Part shown: one piece after another, positions 11,818 through 21,536 of the stretch | How the letters are laid out: every line of letters starts with the position of its first letter | Numbering within the stretch: position 1 is the stretch's first letter | Assembly: GCA_902762955.1 (NCBI GenBank) | Contig: CACWQH010000005.1 | Location: forward strand, 49,931 to 113,930 | DNA: 64,000 nucleotides | Direction: 5' to 3' | From: an uncultured Lachnospiraceae bacterium | GTDB taxonomy: Bacteria > Bacillota > Clostridia > Lachnospirales > Lachnospiraceae | Notes under the pieces: generated by a model | What the model saw: the letters and a program-made list of their open reading frames with translations, nothing else | Told to the model about the DNA's origin: nothing | The model's database searches: none | Program-made: the position numbers and the translations under genes

Positions 11818-12324
11818 ATTAGCGAGATATTAATTAACGAACAAATCAGATTCAAAGAGGTCAGAGTGGTAAGTGAGGAAGGCGAGCAGCTTGGCATTAT
11901 GTCAGCCAAGGAAGCACAGAAAATCGCAGAGGATGAAGGAGTAGATTTAATACTTATAGCTCCGACAGCCAAACCACCGGTTGTAAGAATTCAGGATTTT
12001 GGAAAGTATCGTTATGAACTTGCAAGACGTGAGAAGGAAGCAAAAAAGAAGCAGAAGACTATTGATATCAAAGAGGTAAGGCTTTCACCTAACATTGATA
12101 CCAATGACCTTAACACCAAGGTCAATATGGCAAGAAAGTTCTTGACCAAGGGTGACAAGGTTAAAGTAACACTTCGTTTCAGAGGACGTGAGCTTGCTCA
12201 TGTTAACTCCAGCAAGGCAATTCTTGATCAGTTTGCCGAAATGCTTTCAGATGTAGCGGTTGTTGATAAGCCGGCTAAGTTTGAAGGTCGTAGTATGATA
12301 ATGTTTTTAGCTGAAAAACGTTAA
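11818..12324 (+). CDS. infC: Translation initiation factor IF-3, non-canonical ATT start
   Basis: GGAGGTG SD then in-frame ATT AGC GAG ATA TTA ATT AAC GAA CAA ATC (INEQI motif) upstream of the called ORF; FRGRE motif. Confidence 0.95.
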   Translation: MSEILINEQIRFKEVRVVSEEGEQLGIMSAKEAQKIAEDEGVDLILIAPTAKPPVVRIQDFGKYRYELARREKEAKKKQKTIDIKEVRLSPNIDTNDLNTKVNMARKFLTKGDKVKVTLRFRGRELAHVNSSKAILDQFAEMLSDVAVVDKPAKFEGRSMIMFLAEKR

Positions 12325-12359
12325 TTTTATAATATATAGTTATTTAAGGAGGAATAAAA

Positions 12360-12557
12360 ATGCCAAAGTTAAAGACAAAGAAAGCAGCTGCAAAGCGCTT
12401 TAAGAAGACAGGAACAGGTGAATTAAAGAGAAATAAAGCTTACAAGAGTCATATTCTTACTAAGAAGACTACCAAGAGAAAGAGAAATCTTAGAAAAGCA
12501 ACCATGACTGATAAGACTAACAGTAAGGTTATGAAGCAGATATTACCATATTTATAG
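12360..12557 (+). CDS. rpmI: 50S ribosomal protein L35
   Basis: [18 protein letters not shown]; operon context. Confidence 0.98.
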   Translation: MPKLKTKKAAAKRFKKTGTGELKRNKAYKSHILTKKTTKRKRNLRKATMTDKTNSKVMKQILPYL

Positions 12558-12576
12558 GATTAGGAGGAATAGACTA

Positions 12577-12933
12577 ATGGCAAGAATTAAAGGCGGCGTA
12601 GGCGCTAAGAAAAGACATAACAGAGTTTTAAAGCTCGCTAAGGGATATAAAGGAGCAAGATCAAAGCAGTACAGAGTAGCAAAGCAGTCAGTTATGAGAG
12701 CACTCGCTACATCATATGCAGGTAGAAAAGAGAGAAAGAGACAGTTCAGACAGCTCTGGATAGCTCGTATCAATGCTGCTGCAAGAATCAACGGACTTTC
12801 ATACAGCAAGTTTATGTATGGTTTAAAGCTTGCTGAGGTTGACCTTAACAGAAAGATGCTTTCAGAGATGGCTATAAGTGATCCTGAAGGATTTGCAAAG
12901 CTTGTTGAGATAGCAAAGTCAAAGCTTGCTTAA
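12577..12933 (+). CDS. rplT: 50S ribosomal protein L20
   Basis: [18 protein letters not shown] and LNRKML motifs. Confidence 0.98.
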   Translation: MARIKGGVGAKKRHNRVLKLAKGYKGARSKQYRVAKQSVMRALATSYAGRKERKRQFRQLWIARINAAARINGLSYSKFMYGLKLAEVDLNRKMLSEMAISDPEGFAKLVEIAKSKLA

Positions 12934-12986
12934 TTTTCAGTTGAATTGTTCGAAATTGGAAATTGGAAACTTAAGAAAAAAAGTTA

Positions 12987-13015
12987 TTGACATTTTAATT
13001 TAAAAATGTTAACAT
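12987..13015 (+). promoter_or_regulatory. Sigma-A promoter of the tRNA gene
   Basis: TTGACA-17 bp-TAACAT with an extended TG. Confidence 0.7.
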
Positions 13016-13049
13016 ATCACTTGCGTTGATTAAACAGCGCAAGTCAAAT

Positions 13050-13133
13050 GCGGGAGTGCTGGAATTGGCAGACAGGCTAGACTAAGGATCTAGTGATGGC
13101 AACGTCGTGTGGGTTCAAGTCCCATCTCCCGCA
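13050..13133 (+). tRNA. tRNA-Leu, anticodon AAG (CCA not encoded)
   Basis: Acceptor GCGGGAG/CTCCCGC-A, D arm GGAATTGGCAGAC, anticodon arm CTAGA-CTAAGGA-TCTAG, long variable arm, T arm GTGGGTTCAAGTCCCAT. Confidence 0.95.
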
Positions 13134-13137
13134 TGTT

Positions 13138-13178
13138 AAAAAAAAGAGTTCGAGTCATATGACTCGAGCTCTTTTTTT
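13138..13178. terminator. Bidirectional intrinsic terminator after the tRNA
   Basis: A-run GAGTTCGAGTCATATGACTCGAGCTC T7. Confidence 0.85.
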
Positions 13179-13183
13179 GACCA

Positions 13184-13397
13184 AGCCGAAGGCTCCTTGA
13201 ACCCAAGGGTTCAAGGTCTCGCCTCCGGCTCGGTCGGTGCTGAACGCTTGCCGCCGGCAAGCAGCACCCCATCTCCCGCGATAGGGTAGGTCCTTTAAAC
13301 AAGGGTTCAAGGTCTCGCCTTCGGCTCGGTCCGCGCTAAACGCTTGCCACCGGCAAGCAGCGCCCCATCTCCCGCATATGCGGGTCGACCTTGAACC
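13184..13397 (+). repeat. GC-rich tandem repeats derived from the tRNA 3' end (two 76-bp units, 96-bp period)
   Basis: Units 13204-13279 and 13300-13375 each read CAAGGGTTCAAG-GTCTCGCCTYCGGCTCGGTC..CGCTTGCCRCCGGCAAGCAGCRC-CCCATCTCCCGC; flanked by inverted CCTTGAACC copies. Confidence 0.9.
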
Positions 13398-13414
13398 TCA
13401 AACCCCTATGACAT

Positions 13415-13434
13415 AATATGACTAAAGTCATATT
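13415..13434. promoter_or_regulatory. Putative response-regulator binding palindrome upstream of the ABC operon
   Basis: Perfect AATATGACT-AA-AGTCATATT with an extra TATGAC half-site just upstream; the operon ends in a NarL-type regulator. Confidence 0.55.
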
Positions 13435-13541
13435 GAAATACTATCTTTTTTCACTACAAATCTTTTTTTCAAGCTGATAAGATAATACCATCGGAAAAGA
13501 TAACAGGATATGGAATACATTTAATGAATGGAGAGGATGTT

Positions 13542-14294
13542 ATGGATACAATTCTTAAAACAATTGACCTGACCAAGAAGTATGATGGCAGAACCGTGGT
13601 TGATAATCTGAATATCGAGATAAAGAAGGGCGAGATTTTCGGACTTTTGGGACCAAACGGTGCCGGTAAGAGTACCACCATGAATATGATATGCAATATC
13701 GTTAAGCCGGATTACGGAACGGTGGAATTTATGGGTAAGGATTTTCGGAAGAATAAGAAGGAGCTTAGCAAAAGACTTGGATATATTCCACAGAATCTTG
13801 CTATACACGGAAGTCTTAAGGCTTGGGAAAATGTAGAGCTTTTCACCTCTCTTTACGGGATAAAGGGTGAAGAGTTAAAGGATAGAATTGATGAGTCTTT
13901 GGAATATGTGGGACTTTCAGAAAGAAGAAATGATTATGCGAAAAATTTCTCCGGAGGTATGAAGCGAAGGCTTAATATAGCTTGTGCCATAGGGCATCAT
14001 CCGGATTTGCTCATCTTTGATGAACCGACAGTAGGTATCGATCCGCAGTCCAGAAACTTTATCCTGGAGAAGATAAAGGAATCCAATAAAAACGGAGCAA
14101 CTGTTATATATACAAGTCATTATATGGAAGAGGTTGAGGCAATATGCAGCCGCATAGCGATTATGGATAACGGAAGAGTGATTGCAAGCGGAACAAGTGA
14201 TGAGTTAAAGAAGCTTGTGGTTGATGATGTGGAGTCCATAACACTTGAGGAAGTGTTCCTTACCATTACAGGAAAGAAATTGAGGGATTATTAA
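13542..14294 (+). CDS. ABC-2 type exporter ATP-binding protein (LnrL/YfiL-like)
   Basis: GPNGAGKST, FSGGMKRR and FDEPTVGIDPQSR motifs; start set at ATG 13542 after GGAGAGG. Confidence 0.92.
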   Translation: MDTILKTIDLTKKYDGRTVVDNLNIEIKKGEIFGLLGPNGAGKSTTMNMICNIVKPDYGTVEFMGKDFRKNKKELSKRLGYIPQNLAIHGSLKAWENVELFTSLYGIKGEELKDRIDESLEYVGLSERRNDYAKNFSGGMKRRLNIACAIGHHPDLLIFDEPTVGIDPQSRNFILEKIKESNKNGATVIYTSHYMEEVEAICSRIAIMDNGRVIASGTSDELKKLVVDDVESITLEEVFLTITGKKLRDY

Positions 14295-15224
14295 ATGATA
14301 CGATATCTTATTAAAAATAATTTCAAAATAATGATGCGAAGCGGTGTAAATATTCTTCTTTATATCGTGTGTCCTGTGCTTGTGTCAGCGGTGCTTATAA
14401 GTGCTTTTTCATCGCTTATGGAAAACTACAAGCCGGATGAGGAATTTATGGCTAAGTACGGTGCTATCGAAGCTAACTTCGAAGATCAGGTCAACGATAA
14501 CCAAACTAACTTCGCAGACCAAACCAACGCAGACCAATCCGAAGATGCAGACCAAGCAAACGGTATGACCAGCTCATTTAATATATCCGCAATTAACATC
14601 GAACACCCATACTTTGTTCCGGCGATTGATTCGACGGACTACTACGGAATAATAGAGGTAGTGTACTTCGGATGGTGCGCCATAGTATGTATATCCGGTC
14701 TTTTATCCAGCGAGAAGAAGAACAGGATAAATGACAAGCTTTACGTTTCAAATCTGTCGGTAACGCAAATCTATCTCGCCAGACTCATACCACTTTCTAT
14801 TACCTGCGCACTCGGGGTATCGATTGCGGCGGTTATAGGCATGGTATTTATGGGAGTTCATTGGGGCAATCTGGTTTTATCAGCTATTGTGGTCATTCTT
14901 ATGATATTTGCGGCGTCGGCATTTGAAATGATGCTATATGAGATAACAAACAGTATGCTGGTTACTATTATTGTTTCCTTTGCCATAGTCTGGATTTGGG
15001 GATTCTTTGGAGGAAGCTTCGAGACATATATGTTTTCACCGCATTCCATGACACTTAAAAATATTGATCCCATATATCACGGAAACCGTGCACTGGTGGA
15101 GCTTTCGTGTATGGGACACAGTGACTACGTTTTAAGCTCGGTTATTTATTCGGTGCTTATGATAGTTGTTTGTTCAATAGTAGCTGTGTTTGCAGGAAAT
15201 GTCAGAAGGAGGAAGGGTGCATGA
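14295..15224 (+). CDS. ABC-2 exporter permease with a short low-complexity extracellular loop
   Basis: N-terminal TM, D/Q/N-rich linker, five further TMs; operon context. Confidence 0.85.
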   Translation: MIRYLIKNNFKIMMRSGVNILLYIVCPVLVSAVLISAFSSLMENYKPDEEFMAKYGAIEANFEDQVNDNQTNFADQTNADQSEDADQANGMTSSFNISAINIEHPYFVPAIDSTDYYGIIEVVYFGWCAIVCISGLLSSEKKNRINDKLYVSNLSVTQIYLARLIPLSITCALGVSIAAVIGMVFMGVHWGNLVLSAIVVILMIFAASAFEMMLYEITNSMLVTIIVSFAIVWIWGFFGGSFETYMFSPHSMTLKNIDPIYHGNRALVELSCMGHSDYVLSSVIYSVLMIVVCSIVAVFAGNVRRRKGA

Positions 15225-16525
15225 GTACGATTATTAAGTCAACCTTAAAGCTTACACTTAGGAATAAGGGCTTCTGGTTTTTCCTTATTATAACACCTTT
15301 GCTGTCGGTACTTATTTTAAATATTAATCAGGAAAATAATCTTGCATATTATTCTAAGGATGATGCTCCTCATATAAGCGAGCTTTCAAGTACAGACGAC
15401 AAGGTCGCCTACTATCGGGGCGGAGGAGAGTATGTTATAAAGGTCTATGATGTATGCCAGAGCGAGCTTTCGGAATATCTGCTTAATAAACTTGCTGAAA
15501 ATGATATGTTTAAGGTCTGCAGAGTAAGGGCAGAAGACCTTACCAAAGAAGAGGCTGATATATGCGTGGAAAAAGACGGTATAAATGACCGAATGGGCGC
15601 CGCGATATATCTCGATGAAAGCTTTAACCAAAAGGCAATTAATAACGAGGATAATGCACTAACTATTTACATTTTATCCGATGATGAAAGAGAAAAGCTT
15701 TTGATATATGAGGTTGGACAGTGCATGGGAAGGATAAAGGCTGCCGCAACTATGGTTGGAACTACAACTTTGGATGCTGACACAACTATGGATGCTGACG
15801 CATCTATGGGTGAAAAAGAAAATATCATGGAAGCCCTTAAGGATATGGATGCCACACTTCCAAAGGAAGAAGTATATAAGCCAAAGGATGAATCCGATAA
15901 CGGGCTTACCGCACATCAGATTAGTCAAAAAACATTGATGGGATATGCCTTTGCATTTATGACACTCGGATTTGTATTTTGCGGAATTATAGTTGCGCAT
16001 ACAGCGATTAAGGAGCAAAAGGATATGGTTCTAACCAGAATCAAGCTCTCAGGTATCGGAAGCTATGAGTACTTTGCTGCCAAGCTTATAGTCAGCATAA
16101 TCGTATCTATGATGCTTACGGCAATTCTCGGTATATGTTCATTTTTGGTAGATACCGATGCGATGGGTATGAACCGTTTGAAATTTATCGGTATGATATT
16201 CCTGCTTGGAATTATCTTTTGTTCAATCAGTCTTTTGCTGGGCAGTCTTATGGGAAATGTAATGAGTGCAAATGTTGCGGCATTTACCCTTTGGAGTTTA
16301 TCGTCTATGCTGGCAGGACTTTACTTCCCACTTGATTATACGACCAAGGCGATAAAGACATTATCCTATATTATGCCGCAGAAATGGTTTGTTGACGGAA
16401 CGGAAATGATTTTAACCGATGACAACAAAGCGTTCTTTATGTTATTATGTGTTACAGTAGCATATCTTGTGATTATCATAAGCCTTGGAAGTGTAGGCAT
16501 AAAATTTAAGAGCAGTGAAGAGTAA
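15221..16525 (+). CDS. ABC-2 exporter permease
   Basis: ATGA overlap with the previous stop (MSTIIK start); 1+5 TM layout; AGLYFPL and MPQKW segments. Confidence 0.87.
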   Translation: MSTIIKSTLKLTLRNKGFWFFLIITPLLSVLILNINQENNLAYYSKDDAPHISELSSTDDKVAYYRGGGEYVIKVYDVCQSELSEYLLNKLAENDMFKVCRVRAEDLTKEEADICVEKDGINDRMGAAIYLDESFNQKAINNEDNALTIYILSDDEREKLLIYEVGQCMGRIKAAATMVGTTTLDADTTMDADASMGEKENIMEALKDMDATLPKEEVYKPKDESDNGLTAHQISQKTLMGYAFAFMTLGFVFCGIIVAHTAIKEQKDMVLTRIKLSGIGSYEYFAAKLIVSIIVSMMLTAILGICSFLVDTDAMGMNRLKFIGMIFLLGIIFCSISLLLGSLMGNVMSANVAAFTLWSLSSMLAGLYFPLDYTTKAIKTLSYIMPQKWFVDGTEMILTDDNKAFFMLLCVTVAYLVIIISLGSVGIKFKSSEE

Positions 16526-16543
16526 AAGCGAAGTGTCGGATAT

Positions 16544-17683
16544 ATGAACGAGAGATTAAAGAATAATTATTTTGTATTTGTAAGAATATTATTAATGCTG
16601 GTTCTTTGTGTGTACGGAATCATGAATGTGATGCAGACAACAGGAGTATCTGTGTGGATACTCCTGCTTGTTTCGTTTTATATCGGGGCTATGACCGTAA
16701 AGGAAATCTTTGACGGCAGGGGCAGGATATATCTGCTGTTTGTTGCAATATTATTTCTATGCCTTATAATTTACTTCGGAAAATCCACCTTTCTTATGCT
16801 GGTGTTTTTTACCGTTTTTGAAGCATTTTCATTATTCCCAAAGATTGATTTTAAGTGGTATTTTTTGCCTGTTCTTGGTGCATTTATCGAAAGTCCTTTG
16901 GGATGGGGTACGCAGCTTGTTTTAGTAGCTATGATGGTAGTTATATATATCCAGCATAACTTTGTGGTTAAGGATTACAAAAAACAGATGCAGGAGGATG
17001 TCAGGGTTGAGCAGAGTCTTAAAAAGGATATGCTTAAGCAGGAGTATGCCTCTAAGGAGGAGTTAAGGAAGGGTATGCTGGTTGCTCAAAATCAGATACT
17101 TGAGGAAAGGGCAAATCTTTCCCAGACCTTGCATGATAAGCTAGGACATAACATAAACGGTTCCATATACCAGCTTGAGGGAGCGAAGCTTCTTATGGAT
17201 AAGGAACCGGAGAAGTCAAAGTGCATGATTCAGGCGGTTATTGATCAGCTTAGAACCGGTATGGATGAGATAAGAGGTATATTGAGAAAAGAAAGACCAA
17301 AGAAAAATAAGCTGGCGATGCTTCAGTTATACAAGCTGTGCGAGGATTGTAACGACAGAGGAGTTGAAGCGGAATTAACGGTCGAAGGAGATACTGCACT
17401 TGTCGTGGATGATATCTGGGAGGTAATTCTTGATAATGCCTTTGAAGCTGTTTCCAATTCTATGAAGTATGCCAGATGTAAGCACATAGATATAAAGCTG
17501 GTTGTGATGAATAAGGTAGTCCGATGCAGCATAACGGATGACGGTATAGGCTGTGTCAAGATGACTGACGGTATGGGAATATCCGGGATGAGGCAGAGAG
17601 TTCGGGCGGTAAACGGCAGTCTTGGATTTGAAACAGAGGCAGGGTTTACAGTGACGATGATACTTCCGATAGGAGAGAGATAA
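16544..17683 (+). CDS. Membrane sensor histidine kinase, HisKA_3 family
   Basis: EERANLSQTLHDKLGH, EAVSNSMKYA, DDGIG and GMGISGMRQRV motifs. Confidence 0.93.
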   Translation: MNERLKNNYFVFVRILLMLVLCVYGIMNVMQTTGVSVWILLLVSFYIGAMTVKEIFDGRGRIYLLFVAILFLCLIIYFGKSTFLMLVFFTVFEAFSLFPKIDFKWYFLPVLGAFIESPLGWGTQLVLVAMMVVIYIQHNFVVKDYKKQMQEDVRVEQSLKKDMLKQEYASKEELRKGMLVAQNQILEERANLSQTLHDKLGHNINGSIYQLEGAKLLMDKEPEKSKCMIQAVIDQLRTGMDEIRGILRKERPKKNKLAMLQLYKLCEDCNDRGVEAELTVEGDTALVVDDIWEVILDNAFEAVSNSMKYARCKHIDIKLVVMNKVVRCSITDDGIGCVKMTDGMGISGMRQRVRAVNGSLGFETEAGFTVTMILPIGER

Positions 17684-17684
17684 C

Positions 17685-18323
17685 ATGGATAAGATAAAAG
17701 TTATAATTGCAGATGACAGTGATTTTGTTCGTGACGGGATGAAGATAATACTTGATGTGGATGATGATTTCGAAGTGCTCGGTGTGGCCTCAAACGGAAA
17801 AGAAGCGATTGAGCTTGCCAAAAAAGAAGCACCTGATATATTTCTTATGGATATCCAGATGCCGGAAATGGATGGAATAGAAGCAACGAAGCTTATAGTT
17901 GAGGAAGGCCTCGGAAAGGTTCTTATCCTTACTACCTTTGACGATGATGAACTGGTAAAGCAGGCATTGAAAAACGGTGCTAAGGGTTATCTTATAAAAA
18001 ATCATACACCGGAGCATCTAAAGCAGATGATAAAGTCTGTTTACTTCGGAACCGGAGTTATGGAAGAAAGAGTAATGGAGTCACTTGCCGCCGGTAATAA
18101 TGTAACTTCAGGACTTTCCGAAGGCTTTGATGCATCGCCTTATTCGCTAAGGGAACTTGAGATAATAAAAGCGGTGGCAGAAGGGCTTTCCAATAAAGAG
18201 ATAGCAGGCAAGCTGTTTATCTCCGAAGGAACTGTGAAAAATTATATAACGGGAATTCTTTCGAAGGAGGGCTTGTCCCACAGAACAGCACTTGCAGTAT
18301 ATTATCTTACAGGAAAAAAATGA
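17685..18323 (+). CDS. NarL/LuxR-family response regulator
   Basis: IADD, LMDIQMP and GLSNKEIAGKLFISEGTVKNY motifs. Confidence 0.95.
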   Translation: MDKIKVIIADDSDFVRDGMKIILDVDDDFEVLGVASNGKEAIELAKKEAPDIFLMDIQMPEMDGIEATKLIVEEGLGKVLILTTFDDDELVKQALKNGAKGYLIKNHTPEHLKQMIKSVYFGTGVMEERVMESLAAGNNVTSGLSEGFDASPYSLRELEIIKAVAEGLSNKEIAGKLFISEGTVKNYITGILSKEGLSHRTALAVYYLTGKK

Positions 18324-18454
18324 GTGTTATATTCTTTTACAAAATTATCGATCAATTATCCAAAGAATAAAGTGTTGAAGGTATATTTTTGTTGAAGTTT
18401 TTAATTTACTGCTGTATAATAGCTTGACCGATATAGACTTAATGAGGGAACATT

Positions 18455-20119
18455 ATGAAGCAGTATAATACATTGTTTAAGGATTTTAATAAAAAATATA
18501 TTGGACGGTATATCATAAATAGTATCAATTATATATATTTGTTTTTAATACTTTGTGTATTTCCTTTGGTATTTCATAATTATTATTTTGATATTACAAG
18601 GACAAGAAGCAATTTCTTTTTAAGAATTACAATAGGTTATATTATCCTGATTGCGATTGCTTATGCTTTTGAGATTTATTGGACCAATTTGCATAAATCA
18701 AAAAGTCTTTTTGTGGTTGAAAAGAAAGGTAATCCCTGGCTTTATCCGGAGCTTTGGATGACCTTCTTTTTGATGTCTAATTTTTTTGCATATCTTATAA
18801 CTCTCACTGATGACGGAATGATTAATGGTGATTCTGCATTTACAGGCTCGGACGGCAGGCTTATGGGACTTTTGATGTATCTGGTTATAGGCTTTATGTT
18901 TATTTTGCTAACGAGATATGCTGATATTAAGCTTTCGATTTATGTGTTGTTTGGGCTTGTGACATTATTTGCATACCTTATTTCAATCGTTCAGCACATT
19001 AATCCCGATACAAAAAGTTTTTCTAAGATAGGATTTAAACCAAAGGGAATACCGGAGAGATTTTTATATTATGTATTTAAGCTGAAGGATGGCATAAGCA
19101 AAAAACAGTATAATATATTTATTTCAACCTTTGGAAATATCAACATATATGCCAGCTTTATAGTGATAAGTCTTGCGGCTTTTGCATGTATGTTTATATT
19201 TTCAAATAAGCTTTTTTACAGAATTTTTGCCGGTATAATTGTTGTTATAGGCGGAACGGTTATGATGATAGCTAACAGCGACAGTGCATATATCGGTGTC
19301 GGCTCAGTTATGATTTTTCTGTTTATCCTTGCATTTAAGGATGATGTACTTACAAAGTATTTTCAAACACTGATTTTGCTTGGAATTGGTAATCTTGGAA
19401 TTGTACTTATCAATAAATATATGGCTGAGGTGCTCAAAAAAAAATATGATAAGCGGGGCGGCTTTGCAGAGCATCTTGACAGGCTCGATTATGCTGTGAA
19501 TATTTTAATTATCCTCGTGATTTTATATATTATAGCGGTTTTTATTAATTGCATATTTAAAGATAAACTTGAAAAAATGAATAAAAATAAGGCGATAATA
19601 ATATTTTTGTCCTTACTTTTTGTCTTCGGTTTAGCTGTGGTTTATATTGGCAATAAAAAGCATATAGGGGCCTTTACCTTTAATTACAGATGGGGAACCT
19701 TCAGAGGATATATATGGACAAAGTGTGTTGAGCTTTTCAAAGATGCTCCGTTTATGAACAAGCTTTTCGGATATGGAAATGAATCTCTAAAAACCTTGAT
19801 GAATACGTATTATCATGATGAGATGGTTTCCGTTACTAAAAAGATATATGATAATGCGCACAATGAGGTTTTGCAATATCTTGTTACAACCGGACTTTGT
19901 GGAGCTGTATCCTATATTGGATTGTTTGTATCAAGCTTTATCTATATATTTAAGAATTCTAAAAATGATTTAGTGGCATATATTTCACTTGCGGTTATGC
20001 TTGGATATTTTATACAGGGACTTATGAATTTGAACCAGCCTATTACGACACCATTTTATTTTGTGTTTATGGCTGTCGGAGTAGGATATGTAAGAGGGCT
20101 TATGAGGAAGGATTCGTAA
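18455..20119 (+). CDS. O-antigen ligase-like polytopic membrane protein
   Basis: Many TMs; STFGNIN, RGYIW, FGYG and NAHNEVLQYL motifs typical of Wzy_C/WaaL-like proteins. Confidence 0.75.
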   Translation: MKQYNTLFKDFNKKYIGRYIINSINYIYLFLILCVFPLVFHNYYFDITRTRSNFFLRITIGYIILIAIAYAFEIYWTNLHKSKSLFVVEKKGNPWLYPELWMTFFLMSNFFAYLITLTDDGMINGDSAFTGSDGRLMGLLMYLVIGFMFILLTRYADIKLSIYVLFGLVTLFAYLISIVQHINPDTKSFSKIGFKPKGIPERFLYYVFKLKDGISKKQYNIFISTFGNINIYASFIVISLAAFACMFIFSNKLFYRIFAGIIVVIGGTVMMIANSDSAYIGVGSVMIFLFILAFKDDVLTKYFQTLILLGIGNLGIVLINKYMAEVLKKKYDKRGGFAEHLDRLDYAVNILIILVILYIIAVFINCIFKDKLEKMNKNKAIIIFLSLLFVFGLAVVYIGNKKHIGAFTFNYRWGTFRGYIWTKCVELFKDAPFMNKLFGYGNESLKTLMNTYYHDEMVSVTKKIYDNAHNEVLQYLVTTGLCGAVSYIGLFVSSFIYIFKNSKNDLVAYISLAVMLGYFIQGLMNLNQPITTPFYFVFMAVGVGYVRGLMRKDS

Positions 20120-20300
20120 AATGATAAGTACGATGATTATTAAGGATATAAATGGATATATTACTTTGACAGATAAATATTATTGTTAAAATAATTAGAA
20201 AATATGTTTTATTTGATAGAATTAAAGCAATAATTGTGATATAATTTAAAAGATATGCAAATTTTTAAAGATTTTACTTGTTATGGAGGATATAAATAAA

Positions 20301-21521
20301 ATGGAACTTTATGAGGAATTAGTCGAAAGAGGACTTATTGCACAGATTACAAATGAAGAAGAGGTTAGTAAACTTATAAATGAAGGAAAAGCCACCTTTT
20401 ATATAGGCTTTGACCCTACGGCAGACAGTTTGCACGTAGGACATTTTATGGCACTTTGTCTTATGAAGCGACTTCAAATGGGAGGTAACAAGCCTATTGC
20501 TTTAATTGGCGGGGGTACAGGTATGATAGGTGATCCTTCGGGAAGAACCGATATGCGTCAAATGATGACTCCTGAAACCATACAGCATAACTGTGACTGT
20601 TTTAAAAAGCAGATGAGCCGTTTCATAGATTTTTCAGAGGGTAAGGCGCTTATGGTAAATAATGCTGACTGGCTTTTAAACCTTAATTATATAGACGTAC
20701 TTCGCGAGGTTGGTGCACATTTTTCCGTCAATCGTATGCTTGCTGCAGAGTGTTACAAGCAGAGGATGGAAAAGGGCTTAAGCTTTTTGGAGTTTAACTA
20801 TATGATTATGCAGGCATATGACTTTTATATGTTATATCAAAAGTATGGCTGTAATCTTGAGTTCGGCGGTGATGACCAGTGGTCTAACATGCTTGCCGGA
20901 ACTGAGCTTATAAGACGTAAGCTCGGCAAGGATGCACATGCCATGACTATAACTCTTTTACTTAACTCAGAGGGTAAGAAGATGGGCAAAACACAAAAGG
21001 GTGCAGTGTGGCTTGATCCAAATAAAACATCACCATTTGAGTTCTTCCAGTATTGGAGAAATGTTGATGATTCAGATGTTATAAAATGTCTTAAATTACT
21101 TACCTTCCTTCCGCTTGAGCAGATTAAGGAAATGGAAAAGTATGAGGGAAGCGAATTAAATAAGGCAAAAGAAATCCTTGCTTATGAGCTTACTACGCTG
21201 GTTCATGGAGAGGAGGAGGCTAAGAAAGCCCTGGATACCGCAAAGGGATTATTTGGCGGCGGAAATGCAGAAAATATACCTACTGCCGAGCTTTCGGAGG
21301 ATAATTTCAAAGAGGATAAGATTGACCTTATATCACTCCTTGTTGCTTCAGGTCTTGTTACCTCAAGAAGCGAAGGAAGACGTGCTATAGAGCAGGGTGG
21401 AGTTACGGTAAATAATGAAAAGGTAACAGATGTGGCAGCTGCTTATGAGAAGAGTGCATTTAATGATGAATTTATATTAAAGCGCGGTAAGAAGAATTTC
21501 AGAAAGATAGTTTGTAAATAA
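20301..21521 (+). CDS. tyrS: Tyrosyl-tRNA synthetase
   Basis: [21 protein letters not shown] and KMGKT motifs plus C-terminal S4 domain; start set at ATG 20301 after GGAGGA. Confidence 0.97.
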   Translation: MELYEELVERGLIAQITNEEEVSKLINEGKATFYIGFDPTADSLHVGHFMALCLMKRLQMGGNKPIALIGGGTGMIGDPSGRTDMRQMMTPETIQHNCDCFKKQMSRFIDFSEGKALMVNNADWLLNLNYIDVLREVGAHFSVNRMLAAECYKQRMEKGLSFLEFNYMIMQAYDFYMLYQKYGCNLEFGGDDQWSNMLAGTELIRRKLGKDAHAMTITLLLNSEGKKMGKTQKGAVWLDPNKTSPFEFFQYWRNVDDSDVIKCLKLLTFLPLEQIKEMEKYEGSELNKAKEILAYELTTLVHGEEEAKKALDTAKGLFGGGNAENIPTAELSEDNFKEDKIDLISLLVASGLVTSRSEGRRAIEQGGVTVNNEKVTDVAAAYEKSAFNDEFILKRGKKNFRKIVCK

Positions 21522-21536
21522 TTCGGGAGGAACATC

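Noticed and set aside
13204-13376. Possible CRISPR array
   Set aside because: Only two 76-bp units with a 20-bp gap, derived from the tRNA end, and no cas genes in the window.
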